Shown piece by piece: positions 62,813 through 64,000 of a stretch of 64,000 bases of DNA. Position 1 is the first letter of the stretch. Every line of letters starts with the position of its first letter. The notes below the pieces were generated by a model. It had not been told where the DNA came from. It did not search any database and saw only the letters and a list, made by a program, of their open reading frames with translations. The stretch comes from Eledone cirrhosa. Taxonomy: Eukaryota. A program made the translations under genes and the position numbers. The stretch spans positions 11,346,001-11,410,000 of the forward strand of contig OZ024761.1 in assembly GCA_964016885.1 (NCBI GenBank). Direction: 5' to 3'.

Positions 62813-64000
62813 CTCTAACTGGCCAGAATTCTCTCACCTCTTTCTGTTTTAACTGGCCATATCTGGCCAGAATTCTCTCACCTCTTTCTGTTTTAACTGG
62901 CCATATCTGGCCAGAATTCTCACACCTCTTTCTGTTTTAACCGGCCATATCTGGCCAGAATTGTCTCACCTCTTTCTGTTCAAACTGGCCATATCTGGCC
63001 AGAATTCTCTCACCTCTTTCTGTTCAAACTGGCCATAACTGGCCAGAATTCTCTCACCTCTTTCTGTTCCAACTGGCCATATCTGGCCAGAATTCTCTCA
63101 CCTCTTTCTGTTCAAACTGGCCATATCTGGCCAGAATTCTCTCACCTTTTTCTGTTTTAACCGGTCATATCTGGCCAGAATTCTCTCACCTCTTTCTGTT
63201 TTAACCGGCCATATCTGGCCAGAATTCTCTCACCTCTTTCTGTTTTAACCGGCCATATCTGGCCAGAATTCTCTCACCTCTTTCTGTTTTAACCGGTCAT
63301 ATCTGGCCAGAATTCTTTCACCTCTTTCAGTTTTAACCGGCGATATCTGGCCAGAATTCTCTCACCTCTTTCTGTTTTAACCGGTCATATCTGGCCAGAA
63401 TTCTCTCACCTCTTTCTGTTTAAACCAGTCATATCTGGTCAGAATTCTCTCACCTCTTTCTGTTTAAACCGGTCATATCTGGCCAGAATTCTCTCACCTC
63501 TTTCTGTTTAAACCGGTCATATCTGGCCAGAATTCTCTCACCTCTTTCTGTTTTAACCGGCGATATCTGGCCAGAATTCTCTCACCTCTTTCTGTTTTAA
63601 CCGGTCATATCTGGCCAGAATTCTCACACCTCTTTCTGTTTTAACCGGCCATATCTGGCCAGAATTCTCTCACCTCTTTCTGTTTTAACCGGTCATATCT
63701 GGCCAGAATTCTCTCACCTCTTTCTGTTTAAACCGGTCATATCTGGCCAGAATTCTCTCACCTCTTTCTGTTTAAACCGGTCATATCTGGCCAGAATTCT
63801 CTCACCTCTTTCTGTTTTAACCAGTCATATCTGGCCAGAATTCTCTCACCTCTTTCTGTTTAAACCGGTCATATCTGGCCAGAATTCTCTCACCTCTTTC
63901 TGTTTTAACCGGTCATATCTGGCCAGAATTCTCTCACCTCTTTCTGTTTTAACCAGCCATATTTGTCCAGAATTCTCTCACCTCTTTCTGTTTAAACCGG
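62806..64000. repeat. 44-bp minisatellite, ~27 copies, TTTTAACCGG(C/T)CATATCTGGCCAGAATTCTCTCACCTCTTTCTG; runs off the window end
   Basis: Period 44 (e.g. TTCTCTCACC at 63181 and 63225). Confidence 0.97.

Overview
Eukaryotic (animal) genomic DNA, most likely a cephalopod/octopus-type mollusc judging from the repeat types (inference). Three blocks. (1) 1-20333: long interrupted (TA)n microsatellites holding a cluster of non-LTR retrotransposon pieces: two different CR1-group LINEs, two RTE families each present as an inverted pair, two further RTE-type fragments, and a Penelope-type minimal hammerhead ribozyme. (2) After a 200-N gap, 20534-61737: about 1030 copies of a 40-bp satellite with traceable kb-scale block duplications. 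(3) 61738-64000: trinucleotide microsatellites, one 122-bp exon encoding the first zinc finger of nuclear receptor E78 (NR1E), and a 44-bp minisatellite grown from a TTAA-CCC (piggyBac/MITE-like) end. Most of the window may be intron of that receptor gene. The long YI/IY ORFs are microsatellite artefacts. Most notable: a PHD finger inside the RTE reverse transcriptase, several LINE families concentrated in (TA)n, structured LINE 3' UTRs, the hammerhead, fold-back inversions in microsatellites, and palindrome-perfecting variants in the satellite.
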